A stretch of 64,000 bases of DNA from positions 6,353 to 70,352 of the forward strand of contig JAZNDD010000180.1 in assembly GCA_045587865.1 (NCBI GenBank), given 5' to 3'. The stretch comes from Faecousia sp. GTDB taxonomy: Bacteria > Bacillota > Clostridia > Oscillospirales > Oscillospiraceae. Both the position numbers and the translations under genes were made by a program. Position 1 is the stretch's first letter; the number at the start of each line of letters is the position of its first letter. The notes under the pieces were generated by a model, which worked only from the letters and a program-made list of their open reading frames with translations, did not search any database and was not told where the DNA came from. Of this stretch, positions 1 through 9,661 are shown piece after piece.

Positions 1-576
1 GGAGTGATCGTCGTCCAGCATTCTTTGCATATAGGCAATGACATCCAGTTCCGGGAACATATACGGTGCCGGAATGTGGGTGCAGTCGGTCAGGCTTACG
101 CCAGCGGCATCCCGGGCGTATGCCTCGGTTGTCATAGACAAAGAGCCCAGTGTCATACCGTGGAAACAGCCCATAAATGCCCACACATTGGAACGGCCTG
201 TCACCTTACGAGCCAATTTCAGTGCCGCTTCCACAGCATTCGTACCCGTAGGACCACAGCACATTACCCGGTAATCCATACCGCGGGGCTTGAGGATTTC
301 CTCCTGCAAGGTATCCAGGAATTCCCGCTTGGCAGGGGTATACATATCCATACCGTGAAGAATTCCATCTGCCTGCAGGTACTCAATCAACTTATTGCGG
401 ATGTAATCATTGTTATGACCGTAATTGAGCGCACCGGCGCCGCAGAAAAAATCAATATAACCGTTGCCATCCTCATCGTACATCATAGCGCCTTTGCCCT
501 TAGTAAACACTGCAGGGAAATTGCGGCAATAGGAACGAACGGAGGATTCGTATTGTTCAAAAGCAGAAGTATTCAT
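1..576 (-). CDS. ectB: Diaminobutyrate--2-oxoglutarate transaminase (EctB/Dat-like class III PLP aminotransferase); 5' part, runs off the window
   Basis: Not in the ORF track. Manual translation from ATG 576 (RBS GGAG at 583-586): MNTSAFEQYESSVRSYCRNFPAVFTKGKGAMMYDEDGNGYIDFFCGAGALNYGHNN...GPTGTNAVEAALKLARK...FHGMTLG. ESxVRSYCR and GAGALNYGHN are typical of EctB/Dat. Confidence 0.85.
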   Translation of the reverse strand, partial: MNTSAFEQYESSVRSYCRNFPAVFTKGKGAMMYDEDGNGYIDFFCGAGALNYGHNNDYIRNKLIEYLQADGILHGMDMYTPAKREFLDTLQEEILKPRGMDYRVMCCGPTGTNAVEAALKLARKVTGRSNVWAFMGCFHGMTLGSLSMTTEAYARDAAGVSLTDCTHIPAPYMFPELDVIAYMQRMLDDDHS

Positions 577-747
577 ATTAGACTCCTTTTCTATGCTTTC
601 TCATTTTCATTCAGATGCCGGAACCATCGAACAGAATATTCCGGCAATTTCATTACATAAAGCACTATCTTTTAACATTCTAACACAAAATGCAAAAAAA
701 AGATATAGGAAAATTATTTTTTCGTAAACTTTCCTTTCGCATAGAAA

Positions 748-770
748 TCCCCCGGTATTAGTACCGGGGA
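748..770 (-). terminator. Probable intrinsic terminator after gtrA
   Basis: CCCCGGTA-TTAG-TACCGGGG hairpin just past the stop at 775. Confidence 0.6.
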
Positions 771-774
771 ATCT

Positions 775-1197
775 TCATTTTTTGAATGCAAATAATTTAC
801 TGCCAATATAATTCAGAAGTGCGGCAGTAAAACTGATGATCAATTTCATAATGTTTCCATCAAAGGACAGTATATCAACCATCACGAAGAGAAATGCCGT
901 CTCCAATAAACCGGATGTAATACGGCACACGCTGAATTTCCAAAATTCCGGAAAGACTATCTGCGCAGACCAATCATTACTTTTGAATACAAATGCCTTG
1001 TTGGTTAAAAACGCAAATAAAACAGCATTTGCCCAAGCAATCACGTTGCTAACGGTTGCAGAAAAATGCAGAAAGTTGTGAAGAGGGATATAAACCAGGT
1101 AATCTACGAAAGAAGTCAAGATGCCAAAGAAAATATATACAAAAAAAGCCTTATGCCGCAAATAAAAGGACTTTATTTTTTTCATTAGCAAATTCAC
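775..1197 (-). CDS. GtrA-family flippase-like membrane protein
   Basis: About 140 aa, 4 hydrophobic segments, FFGILTSFVDY...SNVIAW...FAFLTNKAFVF pattern. Confidence 0.85.
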   Translation of the reverse strand: MNLLMKKIKSFYLRHKAFFVYIFFGILTSFVDYLVYIPLHNFLHFSATVSNVIAWANAVLFAFLTNKAFVFKSNDWSAQIVFPEFWKFSVCRITSGLLETAFLFVMVDILSFDGNIMKLIISFTAALLNYIGSKLFAFKK

Positions 1198-1206
1198 CTC
1201 TATTTC

Positions 1207-1836
1207 TTAAAAACCCAGTGTCTCCCCTACCAGAATAAACTTAATTCTTCCTGCAGGACGGCAATGGCGCGTGATCAGGATTTGATTACAAATGCAACTA
1301 GCACTTTTGCAATCACTGCAAGTTGCTGTATGGCTGCAGGGAACATCCAGCATAAACCGCTGCTGATTCAGCGGTGCAGCAACGGTTCTTGCCCGTTGTA
1401 CTGCCGCCTCCAAAGTGGCACATACTTTGTTCATACCTGCAATTACAATGACAGACTTCGGCCCGTATGTGATCGCTGCAACTCGGTTTCCAGTGCCGTC
1501 AATGTTCACCATCTGACCGTCGATACTCAGAGCATTTGCACCGGTCAAAAATACATCCGCGTGCAAGCAATCCATCATTGCAGCATCTCTGTCTTCATGG
1601 GCGTCCCGGTCGATCGCCTTAAAATTTCCAGACTTCACTGCGTCAATAAGCCCGATCTGCTGGGCAGAAATCGCTCCGCCCCAGCCAACACTGGAACCTT
1701 CCGGTATCAGCGAAAGTCCCTTCTCCAGTGCCTCAGAGCAGGTATTGCAGTAATAAGCATCAAAATGCCGGGATTGTAAATTCTTTACAAGAAGTTTACC
1801 CTGCTTTTCATAGAACAATTCCAGTTCGGTAGCCAT
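1207..1836 (-). CDS. LUD-domain (LutC/YkgG-like) lactate utilisation protein
   Basis: GWGG, FLTGANA...NIDGTGNRVAA...GMNKV motifs and Cys-rich C-terminus; start moved to MATELE (RBS GGAAGGGG). Confidence 0.8.
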   Translation of the reverse strand: MATELELFYEKQGKLLVKNLQSRHFDAYYCNTCSEALEKGLSLIPEGSSVGWGGAISAQQIGLIDAVKSGNFKAIDRDAHEDRDAAMMDCLHADVFLTGANALSIDGQMVNIDGTGNRVAAITYGPKSVIVIAGMNKVCATLEAAVQRARTVAAPLNQQRFMLDVPCSHTATCSDCKSASCICNQILITRHCRPAGRIKFILVGETLGF

Positions 1837-1858
1837 AGGTTTGCCCCTTCCTATTAAA

Positions 1859-3142
1859 TCACTTAGCCAGCAATTTTTCAAGCGCAGCCAGTTTCAGGCA
1901 AGTGCAGAACACATCCATTGCTTTTTCCAATTCCGCAACCGGCGGCAGACTGGGTGCGATACGGATATTGCTATCGTCCGGGTCCTTGCCGTAAGGATAA
2001 GATGCGCCTGCAGGTGTCATTTCCACGCCGGCCTGCTTGCACAGTTCCAGTGCCCGCTTTGCAGTTCCGGGCATCGTATACAGACTAATGAAATAACCGC
2101 CTTTGGGCTGATTCCAGTGAGCAAATCCACAGGGATCAATTTCCTTGGTAAGCGCATCGGCAACTGCCTTGAATTTCGGTGCCATAAATGCTGCGTGCTG
2201 TTTCATTATCTCAATGGTATGTGCCTTATCCTTCAGAAAACGAACGTGTCTAAGTTGATTGACCTTATCCTGAGAAATGGTCTGTACAGAGAAAAGTTTT
2301 GTGAAATACGCAATATTCGCTTCCGAACTTGCCATCACAGAAAAGCCTGCGCCAGCAAAGGTGATCTTGGAAGTAGATGCAAATTCATAAACCATATCCG
2401 GATTTCCGGCTTCGGCACACAGACCGATAATATCCGGGAACGGCACATATTCTCCTTCAAACTCGTGGACACAGTATGCATTGTCCCACATAATTGCAAA
2501 ATCTGGAGCCGCTGGTTTCAGGTTTGCAAAACGATTGATTACAGAATCAGAATAAATGATCCCATCCGGATTGGAGTATTTGGGAACACACCAGATGCCC
2601 TTAACCTGAGGATCTTTTACCAATTCTTCCACCAGATCCATATCCGGACCCTCAGATGTCATAGGAACTGTAATCAGTTCTGCACCAAAAAATTCAGTCA
2701 CACGGAAATGCCGGTCATATCCGGGGCTGGGACACAGGAATTTGACGCATTCCTCTTTGCACCAGGGGCGGGGGCTGCGGAGAAGACCGTGGGTGTATGC
2801 CCGGGAGATCACATCAAACATAAAATTCAAACTGGATGAACCGCCAATAAAGGTCTGTTCCGGCGTGCAACCCAGAACATCTGCCCAGTAACGGCGCGCA
2901 CAGGGAATGCCTGAAAGTTCGCCATAATTACGCACATCGATTCCCTCGTCAATACAATCTTCAGGAGAAGAAAGCACATTCAAAAGCCCGCTAACCATAT
3001 CCAGTTGCAATTTTGCAGGTTTACCACGAGCCATATTCAATTTCAATCCTTCAGTCTTGCATATATCATAATGGGAACTGACTGTCTTATATGCCTGCTC
3101 CAGCGCTTCCCTAGACATCAAAGAATACTCACACATTCTCAT
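1859..3142 (-). CDS. PLP-dependent aminotransferase, class I/II fold (Rv3722c-like aspartate aminotransferase type)
   Basis: LNMARGKP, PGYDRHF, VPKYSNPDG, WDNAY, STSKITFAG motifs. Confidence 0.85.
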   Translation of the reverse strand: MRMCEYSLMSREALEQAYKTVSSHYDICKTEGLKLNMARGKPAKLQLDMVSGLLNVLSSPEDCIDEGIDVRNYGELSGIPCARRYWADVLGCTPEQTFIGGSSSLNFMFDVISRAYTHGLLRSPRPWCKEECVKFLCPSPGYDRHFRVTEFFGAELITVPMTSEGPDMDLVEELVKDPQVKGIWCVPKYSNPDGIIYSDSVINRFANLKPAAPDFAIMWDNAYCVHEFEGEYVPFPDIIGLCAEAGNPDMVYEFASTSKITFAGAGFSVMASSEANIAYFTKLFSVQTISQDKVNQLRHVRFLKDKAHTIEIMKQHAAFMAPKFKAVADALTKEIDPCGFAHWNQPKGGYFISLYTMPGTAKRALELCKQAGVEMTPAGASYPYGKDPDDSNIRIAPSLPPVAELEKAMDVFCTCLKLAALEKLLAK

Positions 3143-3304
3143 TCATCCTCTCATTTTCTAATTAATGACATTAGATATACTATACACCTGATTACACACA
3201 AACGCAATAGGTAAAATGAATAATTATTTTTAAATCTTGCAAGGCTTAACTATTCATCATTTTGTATAACCTTTGATCTTTTTAGAATATTTATCATTCT
3301 GTAC

Positions 3305-3333
3305 TTGCATTTTTTCCGATTATCGCATAGAAT
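3305..3333 (+). promoter_or_regulatory. sigma-A-type promoter of the GS-III gene
   Basis: TTGCAT-N17-TAGAAT. Confidence 0.6.
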
Positions 3334-3372
3334 TTATCTTGAGATGTTATTAGCAAGAAAGGAAGCATTGCA

Positions 3373-5457
3373 ATGAATGTGATTAAAAATGTCCCGGAGA
3401 TTTTTGGCAGTGATGTATTCAACGAAACGGTTATGCAGCAGCGTCTCGCGCCCGAAATTTATAACTCCTGGAAGCAATGCATAGAAACCAATACGCCTTT
3501 GGATCTTTCTGTAGCAAACAAAATTGCCGAAGCGATGAAAGTTTGGGCAATTGAGAAAGGCGCAACCCATTATACGCACTGGTTCCAGCCAATGACAGGC
3601 ATTACCGCAGAAAAACACGACTCTTTTATCACACCGGCAAAAGACGGCACTGTGATTATGGAATTTACCGGCAAATCCCTTGTGTGCGGTGAGCCGGATG
3701 CCTCCTCTTTCCCCAATGGCGGCTTGCGTGCCACTTTTGAAGCAAGAGGCTATACCGCCTGGGATCCCACTGCCTTTGCCTTTGTTCGGGACGGAAGTTT
3801 ATACATACCCACCTGTTTCTTCTCCTACACCGGCGCCGCCCTGGATATGAAAACACCTCTGCTGCGTTCTATCGATGAAGTATCCAGAGAAGCTGTGCGT
3901 ATTCTCAGACTGTTTGGAGACAACGAAACCACGCGGGTAGATGCCTGCGTGGGTGCAGAACAGGAGTATTTTCTCCTGCCCCGGGATATGTATGCCCAGA
4001 GGGAAGATCTCCGCCTGACCGGCAGAACTTTGTTTGGCGCATTGCCTCCCAAAGGTCAGGAATTGGATGACCACTACTTTGGCACGATCCGCAACCGGGT
4101 AAGTCAGTTTATGAAGGATCTGGATGAGCAACTTTGGCGTCTTGGTATCCTTTCTAAAACCAAACACAATGAGGCAGCCCCCTGTCAGCACGAACTTGCG
4201 CCCATTTACTCCAGCGCAAACAGTGCCTGCGATGCAAACCAACTGACGATGCAGGTTATGAAAAAATGTGCTGCAAAACACAATTTGGTCTGCCTGCTGC
4301 ACGAAAAACCCTTCAAGGGCGTTAACGGCTCCGGCAAGCACAATAACTGGTCCCTTGCCACCGATACCGGAAGAAATCTTTTCAGCCCCGGCAAGACCCC
4401 CAGACAGAATGCACAGTTTTTACTTTTCCTGGCTGCATTTATTAAGGGTGTGGATGAGTATCAGGACTTCCTGCGCTGCACCGTGGCTACCGCCGGAAAT
4501 GATCACCGTCTGGGCGCACACGAAGCGCCTCCGGCTATTGTTTCTATTTTCCTGGGTGACGAACTGACTGCAGTTGTGGAGTCGATCATCAACAGTACCG
4601 ACTATAAGGATCCGAAGAAAACATATATGCGGATCGGTGTAGATGTCCTTCCCTCTATTCCGAAGGATACAACTGACAGAAACCGCACCTCTCCCCTGGC
4701 GTTTACCGGCAACAAGTTCGAGTTCCGTATGTTAGGTTCTTCCCAGTCTATTGCAGACCCAAATGTTGCACTTAATACCATTATGGCAGAAGAACTGGGA
4801 AAATTTGCAGATAGACTGGAAAAAGCAGAAAACTTTGACGAAGCACTGCATAAACTGGTATCCGAAGCATTTACACAGCATCAGCGCATTATCTTCAACG
4901 GAAACGGTTATTCTCAGGAATGGAAGGATGAAGCCGCACGCCGTGGCCTAAGCAATCATTCCACTGCAGCAAAGAGCCTCCCCTCTTATATTTCCCCAAA
5001 AAATATTGAACTTGTGAAAAAACACAAGATTTTCACTGAAGCAGAACTTCTTGCCCGTCACGAAATTCATATGGAATCCTACTGCAAGATCATTAACATT
5101 GAAGCGCTCACAAGTGTGGATATGGTACTGCATCAGATCTTACCTGCTGCACTTGCTTATTCCAAAGCGCTTTCTGACGGAATCATCAGCAAGACTGCTG
5201 CAGGTATCTCCTGCAAGGCAGATACTGAACTTGCAAAGCGCCTCTCCAAGTCCTGTGACTGTCTGTATGACAATTGTGAAAAACTGCGGACAGATCTGAC
5301 TGCAGTCCCCAAAAATTTGGACGACGCTGTGGCATATTACCACGATGTGATCGTGTCCGGTATGGAAAGGGTGCGTCAGGATGCAGATCTTCTGGAACAA
5401 CTGACGGATAAATCCTACTGGCCTTATCCCACATATTCTGATCTTTTATTCTATTAA
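3373..5457 (+). CDS. glnA: Glutamine synthetase type III
   Basis: 694 aa; GATHYTHWFQP, GEPDASSFP, EQEYFL, LHEKPF.GVNGSGKHNNWS, DRNRTSP.AFTGNKFEFR. Confidence 0.95.
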   Translation: MNVIKNVPEIFGSDVFNETVMQQRLAPEIYNSWKQCIETNTPLDLSVANKIAEAMKVWAIEKGATHYTHWFQPMTGITAEKHDSFITPAKDGTVIMEFTGKSLVCGEPDASSFPNGGLRATFEARGYTAWDPTAFAFVRDGSLYIPTCFFSYTGAALDMKTPLLRSIDEVSREAVRILRLFGDNETTRVDACVGAEQEYFLLPRDMYAQREDLRLTGRTLFGALPPKGQELDDHYFGTIRNRVSQFMKDLDEQLWRLGILSKTKHNEAAPCQHELAPIYSSANSACDANQLTMQVMKKCAAKHNLVCLLHEKPFKGVNGSGKHNNWSLATDTGRNLFSPGKTPRQNAQFLLFLAAFIKGVDEYQDFLRCTVATAGNDHRLGAHEAPPAIVSIFLGDELTAVVESIINSTDYKDPKKTYMRIGVDVLPSIPKDTTDRNRTSPLAFTGNKFEFRMLGSSQSIADPNVALNTIMAEELGKFADRLEKAENFDEALHKLVSEAFTQHQRIIFNGNGYSQEWKDEAARRGLSNHSTAAKSLPSYISPKNIELVKKHKIFTEAELLARHEIHMESYCKIINIEALTSVDMVLHQILPAALAYSKALSDGIISKTAAGISCKADTELAKRLSKSCDCLYDNCEKLRTDLTAVPKNLDDAVAYYHDVIVSGMERVRQDADLLEQLTDKSYWPYPTYSDLLFY

Positions 5458-5460
5458 CCG

Positions 5461-5494
5461 TTATGGGCGTGCTCAGAAAAGAGCACGCCCATAA
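5461..5494. terminator. Bidirectional terminator between convergent glnA and dut
   Basis: 14-bp perfect stem TTATGGGCGTGCTC/GAGCACGCCCATAA. Confidence 0.85.
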
Positions 5495-5503
5495 ATGATA
5501 CGA

Positions 5504-5947
5504 TTATTTACTGCCGGTCGAGCCAAAACCTCCCGCAGCCCGGCTTGTTTCCGTCAGATCATCACATTCGGAAAACTCCGGTGTCAAAACCGGTGTCACC
5601 ACCAATTGGGCGATTCTCTCGCCGTTTGTAACCGTCTGGGCCTGAGCAGAGTGATTGTGAAGCACAACCATAAACTCACCCCGATAGTCGCTGTCCACAA
5701 CACCGACTTTATTGGCAGGGGCTAGACCCCGCTTACAGGCAAGACCGCTGCGGGCGTAAATCAAACCTGCGTATCCTTTCGGGATCTCCATTGCCAGTCC
5801 TGTGGGAATGAACACGCTCTCCCCTTTTCCTATTACCACATCAGCATCCAGACAGGCATATAAATCCGCGCCTGCGGCTTCCAAGGAACCGTAAGTAGGC
5901 AATATTGCATTTGCTCTTAACTTCTTAACGCGAATGGTTGGTTTCAT
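5504..5947 (-). CDS. dut: dUTPase
   Basis: AAGADL, ARSGLA, GVVDSDYRGE, RAAGGFGSTG; ATGA overlap with nrdG stop supports start at 5947. Confidence 0.95.
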   Translation of the reverse strand: MKPTIRVKKLRANAILPTYGSLEAAGADLYACLDADVVIGKGESVFIPTGLAMEIPKGYAGLIYARSGLACKRGLAPANKVGVVDSDYRGEFMVVLHNHSAQAQTVTNGERIAQLVVTPVLTPEFSECDDLTETSRAAGGFGSTGSK

Positions 5948-6492
5948 TTTAATTCCCTCCCGTTTCCTTGCCAATCCTCCCACAGGACGATGGCATTATT
6001 CTTAAGTGTTGCCGGCACATTGATCAGCCTCTGGTTGGAAGAACCCCGAAATCGCAGGGATAAATCCTTCTTTTCCAAAATAAACGGGCCGTCGACCAGC
6101 ACATCCAGATAACTTAAATACTCTTTCGTAATCTCCCAGGGACCAAGTTTTCCGGACAGAATATCCCGGTCCATCAGATAGCCGGAAAAAGCCCAAATGG
6201 ATTTTTCCGGATATTTCTTTTTCACCTGACGCAAAAGTTCCAGCACCGGGGGCTGATTTTCCGGTTCAAAGGGTTCACCCCCAAGAATAGTCAGTCCTTT
6301 CACATGATTGGGGGAAAGCATCGTAAGAATACTGTCAATGGTTTCCTGAGTAAAGGGTTCTCCATATTGGAAATCCCAGGCTACCTCATTGAAACAGCCC
6401 TTGCATCGATGGGTACAGCCGGAAACAAACAGGCTGACACGCACCCCTGGTCCATTTGCTATATCACAATTTTTTATCGCAGCGTAATGCAT
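5944..6492 (-). CDS. nrdG: Anaerobic ribonucleotide reductase activating protein (radical SAM)
   Basis: NGPGVRVSLFVSGCTHRCKGCFN, LGGEP, FRGSSNQR. Confidence 0.95.
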   Translation of the reverse strand: MHYAAIKNCDIANGPGVRVSLFVSGCTHRCKGCFNEVAWDFQYGEPFTQETIDSILTMLSPNHVKGLTILGGEPFEPENQPPVLELLRQVKKKYPEKSIWAFSGYLMDRDILSGKLGPWEITKEYLSYLDVLVDGPFILEKKDLSLRFRGSSNQRLINVPATLKNNAIVLWEDWQGNGRELK

Positions 6493-6507
6493 GATACGCC
6501 CTCCAAT

Positions 6508-7422
6508 TTACTTCTTTCGGTATCCCAAAAGTTCAAACCATGAAAATGTTAAAGGCCAGACAATTCCGGCGGCAATCACCGTAAGGAAATAACGGACCGC
6601 CCTTCCTGCATATTCTCCCACAAGGGAATTGAGAATTTCTTTTGTTCCGCCTCTAACTGCCAGCACCAGCACCAGGCCACCTGCAATTTTAAGGATCTGT
6701 ATCCACCAAACGCCGTTGGTGCGAAATTTCAGCCATTTTGTATCTACAAAATATACAACAATCACACCAAGCACAGCGCCTAAAAGGGTATATGCATTTT
6801 CTGTTCCGGATACAAGATTGGAGAGAATAATATTTTCCGGGAAGGAATACAGTTCCACAAACAGTAAATACCCCACAGACAGCAAAGCCATACCTGCCAA
6901 AACAAACGGAATGTTTTTGCCATCCCGCCCCATCACGATCGGGTGAAGCAATACGATCAGCAAAACTGCAATTGCTGCCGCAGCGATCACGTCCCGAGGA
7001 GTATGAACGCCAATATACATCCGGGAAAAAGGAACCAAAATTGCAAGGATAATACATCCTATCCGCAATAACTTATTCTTTGTTGTATACGCAATGCTTC
7101 CAAATGTACCCACAGAACTTTGGGTGTGGCCACTGGGAAAACTATAACCGCCAGCGCCATCTTTGGCATTTCCCACCACTGTAAAATGCTCATCCAGATC
7201 CCAGGGGCGCGGAACCCGAAACCAAAGTTTCATAAACTGATTAAGAATTGTTCCGGCAAAGCCTACGGACATCAAATAATATCCCCGCCGCTTGTCCACA
7301 CACCAGAACATAATCAGTGCAATCACTAAAAAAGCACTTTCATCTCCAAGTTGTGTGATCAGCAGCATAAATTCATTGATAATCGGCACGCGAATACCTT
7401 CCAGCCAATGTAAAAATTCCAT
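6508..7422 (-). CDS. PAP2-family membrane phosphatase
   Basis: K...RVPRP, SFPSGH, SRMYIGVHTPRD motifs plus extra C-terminal TM helices; start moved to MEFLHW. Confidence 0.9.
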   Translation of the reverse strand: MEFLHWLEGIRVPIINEFMLLITQLGDESAFLVIALIMFWCVDKRRGYYLMSVGFAGTILNQFMKLWFRVPRPWDLDEHFTVVGNAKDGAGGYSFPSGHTQSSVGTFGSIAYTTKNKLLRIGCIILAILVPFSRMYIGVHTPRDVIAAAAIAVLLIVLLHPIVMGRDGKNIPFVLAGMALLSVGYLLFVELYSFPENIILSNLVSGTENAYTLLGAVLGVIVVYFVDTKWLKFRTNGVWWIQILKIAGGLVLVLAVRGGTKEILNSLVGEYAGRAVRYFLTVIAAGIVWPLTFSWFELLGYRKK

Positions 7423-7554
7423 CCATATCCCTCCGTTTTCCTTCCTATTATACAGCGGTAAATCTGAAATGTAAAGAATTCCATAGGATTTCATCTTGCC
7501 ATTTTATCTGTTGGGGACTATAATAGAAAAACAAAGTTGAAATGAGGTGTCCTT

Positions 7555-8340
7555 ATGTTTTCCAGTGAAAAACGGTGTGTGCTCAAAAACAATCAGTTAG
7601 CAGAAGTGATCTGCCAACTGCGTTTTCCCGATATTTTAATAATCAATGAAAAAGAGCCTGCCCAGTTTCAGGAATTGATCCGGGATGATTTTCCCCAGTA
7701 TTCCTCCCGCAAAGAAACGCCGGTTCCGAAAATTGTGGGAACACCGGGCAATTTCTCCGTAAGCAATCAGCCGGCAGGAATCAATTATCAGTTTACTTCT
7801 GCAGACGGTGTCTGGCGGGTAAACTTAACCAGTACTTTTATCAGTCTTGCCTGCACCTGCTACACTTGCTGGGAAGAATTTGCCAAGCATTTGGACAAAC
7901 CCCTGGCGTCCTTTATTCAGGTCTATAAACCTGCTTTCTTTTCAAGAGTTGGCTTGCGCTATTTGAATTTTATTTCCAGAAAAAAACTTTTGCTGGAAGG
8001 TACACCTTTTTCCGATCTTTTCCAAAGTCCTTATCTGGGTTTACTGGCCGATGAGGATATTCCGGAGCATACTGCATCCCGCAACAGTGTGGATGCTGAA
8101 CTGTCCATCCCCGGTGGCTGCCGCATCAAGATCCACGCAGGCCCCGGTATGGTGAAAATCAACGGACAGCAAGATGACGAAGTACGCTATATTTTTGATC
8201 AGGATCTATTTATGAACGGAAATATTCCGGTAAACATTTCTGCCGGTGCACTGCAAACTTTACACAGCCAGGCTTATTCTGTTTTCAGGGGCGCAATTAC
8301 GGATACACTATATGAAGCAATGGATCCGAAAGAAATCTAA
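7555..8340 (+). CDS. TIGR04255-family protein (unknown function)
   Basis: N-terminal L.EVICQLRFP, later RVGLRYLN and FDQD motifs; promoter TTGCCA-N17-TATAAT at 7496-7524. Confidence 0.6.
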   Translation: MFSSEKRCVLKNNQLAEVICQLRFPDILIINEKEPAQFQELIRDDFPQYSSRKETPVPKIVGTPGNFSVSNQPAGINYQFTSADGVWRVNLTSTFISLACTCYTCWEEFAKHLDKPLASFIQVYKPAFFSRVGLRYLNFISRKKLLLEGTPFSDLFQSPYLGLLADEDIPEHTASRNSVDAELSIPGGCRIKIHAGPGMVKINGQQDDEVRYIFDQDLFMNGNIPVNISAGALQTLHSQAYSVFRGAITDTLYEAMDPKEI

Positions 8341-8354
8341 ACTGGAGGTAGTTT

Positions 8355-9083
8355 ATGCCCTATTTATATTACTATGGCTTTGACTGGACCTACTTGATTC
8401 TTGTACTCCCCTGCTTTATTCTTTCCATTTGGGCCAGTGCCCGTGTTAACAGCACATTCCGGCGCTATTCCGAGCAATTATCTGTCCGGCACATCACCGG
8501 CGCGCAAGCCGCACAACAAGTTCTGGCAGCCAACGGTGTGAATGCTGTCAAGATTGAAAAGGTAGCCGGAAATCTGACTGATCACTACGATCCCAAAGCC
8601 AATGTAATCCGACTTTCTGAAAATGTTTACGACAGCACATCCACCGCAGCGATCGGTGTTGCCTGTCACGAAGCAGGTCACGCAGTGCAATATGCACACA
8701 GTTATGGTCCAATTAAACTGCGTGCCGCCATCATTCCTGTTACAAATTTCGGTTCAAAACTTGCACTGCCCCTGATCCTTCTTGGCGTTTTGCTGTCCGC
8801 GCGAATTGGTGGCTCCTATGCTCTTGTGTATCTGGGAATTGCCTGCTTTGGTCTTTCCCTGATTTTTCAGTTAATCACCCTTCCTGTGGAATTTAATGCA
8901 AGCCGCCGCGCCCTTGCATCCATCCGTGACTCGAACATCTTAACGGGTGAAGAGATTCAGGGAGCAGAAAAAACCTTATCTGCCGCCGCACTGACTTATG
9001 TTGCGGCCACAGCCGTTTCTGCAGCACAACTTTTAAGACTGCTTCTAATTTTCGGCGGACGAAGCAAAAATAACAGACGATAA
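8355..9083 (+). CDS. YugP-like neutral zinc metallopeptidase
   Basis: LTDHYDP, HEAGHAVQ, TLPVEFNASRRA, AAALTYVAA. Confidence 0.9.
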   Translation: MPYLYYYGFDWTYLILVLPCFILSIWASARVNSTFRRYSEQLSVRHITGAQAAQQVLAANGVNAVKIEKVAGNLTDHYDPKANVIRLSENVYDSTSTAAIGVACHEAGHAVQYAHSYGPIKLRAAIIPVTNFGSKLALPLILLGVLLSARIGGSYALVYLGIACFGLSLIFQLITLPVEFNASRRALASIRDSNILTGEEIQGAEKTLSAAALTYVAATAVSAAQLLRLLLIFGGRSKNNRR

Positions 9084-9088
9084 TTATG

Positions 9089-9543
9089 GTACAGGGGGAC
9101 GATTCTGCTGTCCCCTGAAGAAAACGAAAATCCTCAAGAATAACAACCAATTTGGCGGGGAGTGCATCACGCGCTCCCCGCCATCTTATATTCGTTTCTC
9201 TTGTAGGAAATGACCTATGTGTCGTTCCATTTCATTGGATACTTCGGAACGGCACACATCGTCCCCTACGGTAAACCATCGGTCTTATGCGTAAGGGCGG
9301 ATTGAGGTACAACCGCCCTTTGAAAGCCATCAATATGGGGATGGCCTTTAGGGACGATGTGGGCATCGTCCCCTACGAGAGATTTCGTACCTTCCTGTCA
9401 TTGCGAGAAGCCGACAGGCGACCTGGCAATCTCCTGTTATAACGCACACTTTTCCAATCCACGCCGTAGGGATGGTTATCAACCGCCCGTCAAAATTCTT
9501 CGTTACCGGAAAGGTACATCTGGTGGCAGATTGCCGCCCCTAC
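9089..9543. repeat. Cluster of REP/BIME-like palindromes from at least 4 families
   Basis: GTAG/GTAA-headed palindromes at 9203-9228/9246-9269, 9291-9320, 9349-9376, 9466-9488/9522-9543; GGCGGGGAG..CTCCCCGCC at 9151-9189; GTCATTGCGA..GGCAATCTCCTG at 9397-9447; ACAGGGGGACGATTCT at about 9091. Confidence 0.75.
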
Positions 9544-9574
9544 ACAAACGACCGGAATGATTATCTGGATACTC

Positions 9575-9602
9575 TTGACTATGGAAACAGATATGGTATA
9601 AA
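9575..9602 (+). promoter_or_regulatory. sigma-A-type promoter reading into the 9.66-10.33 kb cassette
   Basis: TTGACT-N16-TATAAA with TGn extended -10. Confidence 0.55.
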
Positions 9603-9661
9603 ATATAAAAAAGGAATATGAAAGAAGGAGCCAACAGAACCGCCTCCTTGTCCTCCCGATC

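Noticed and set aside
4-660. 218-aa + strand ORF, and similar long shadow ORFs (1841-2839+, 10457-11344+, 30737-31615-, 31713-33854-)
   Set aside because: Antisense shadows of well-supported genes on the other strand, with no RBS or family motifs
1859-5457. Divergent aminotransferase and GS-III as a novel nitrogen island
   Set aside because: Ordinary nitrogen-assimilation genes with host-like composition, and I could not identify a regulator site
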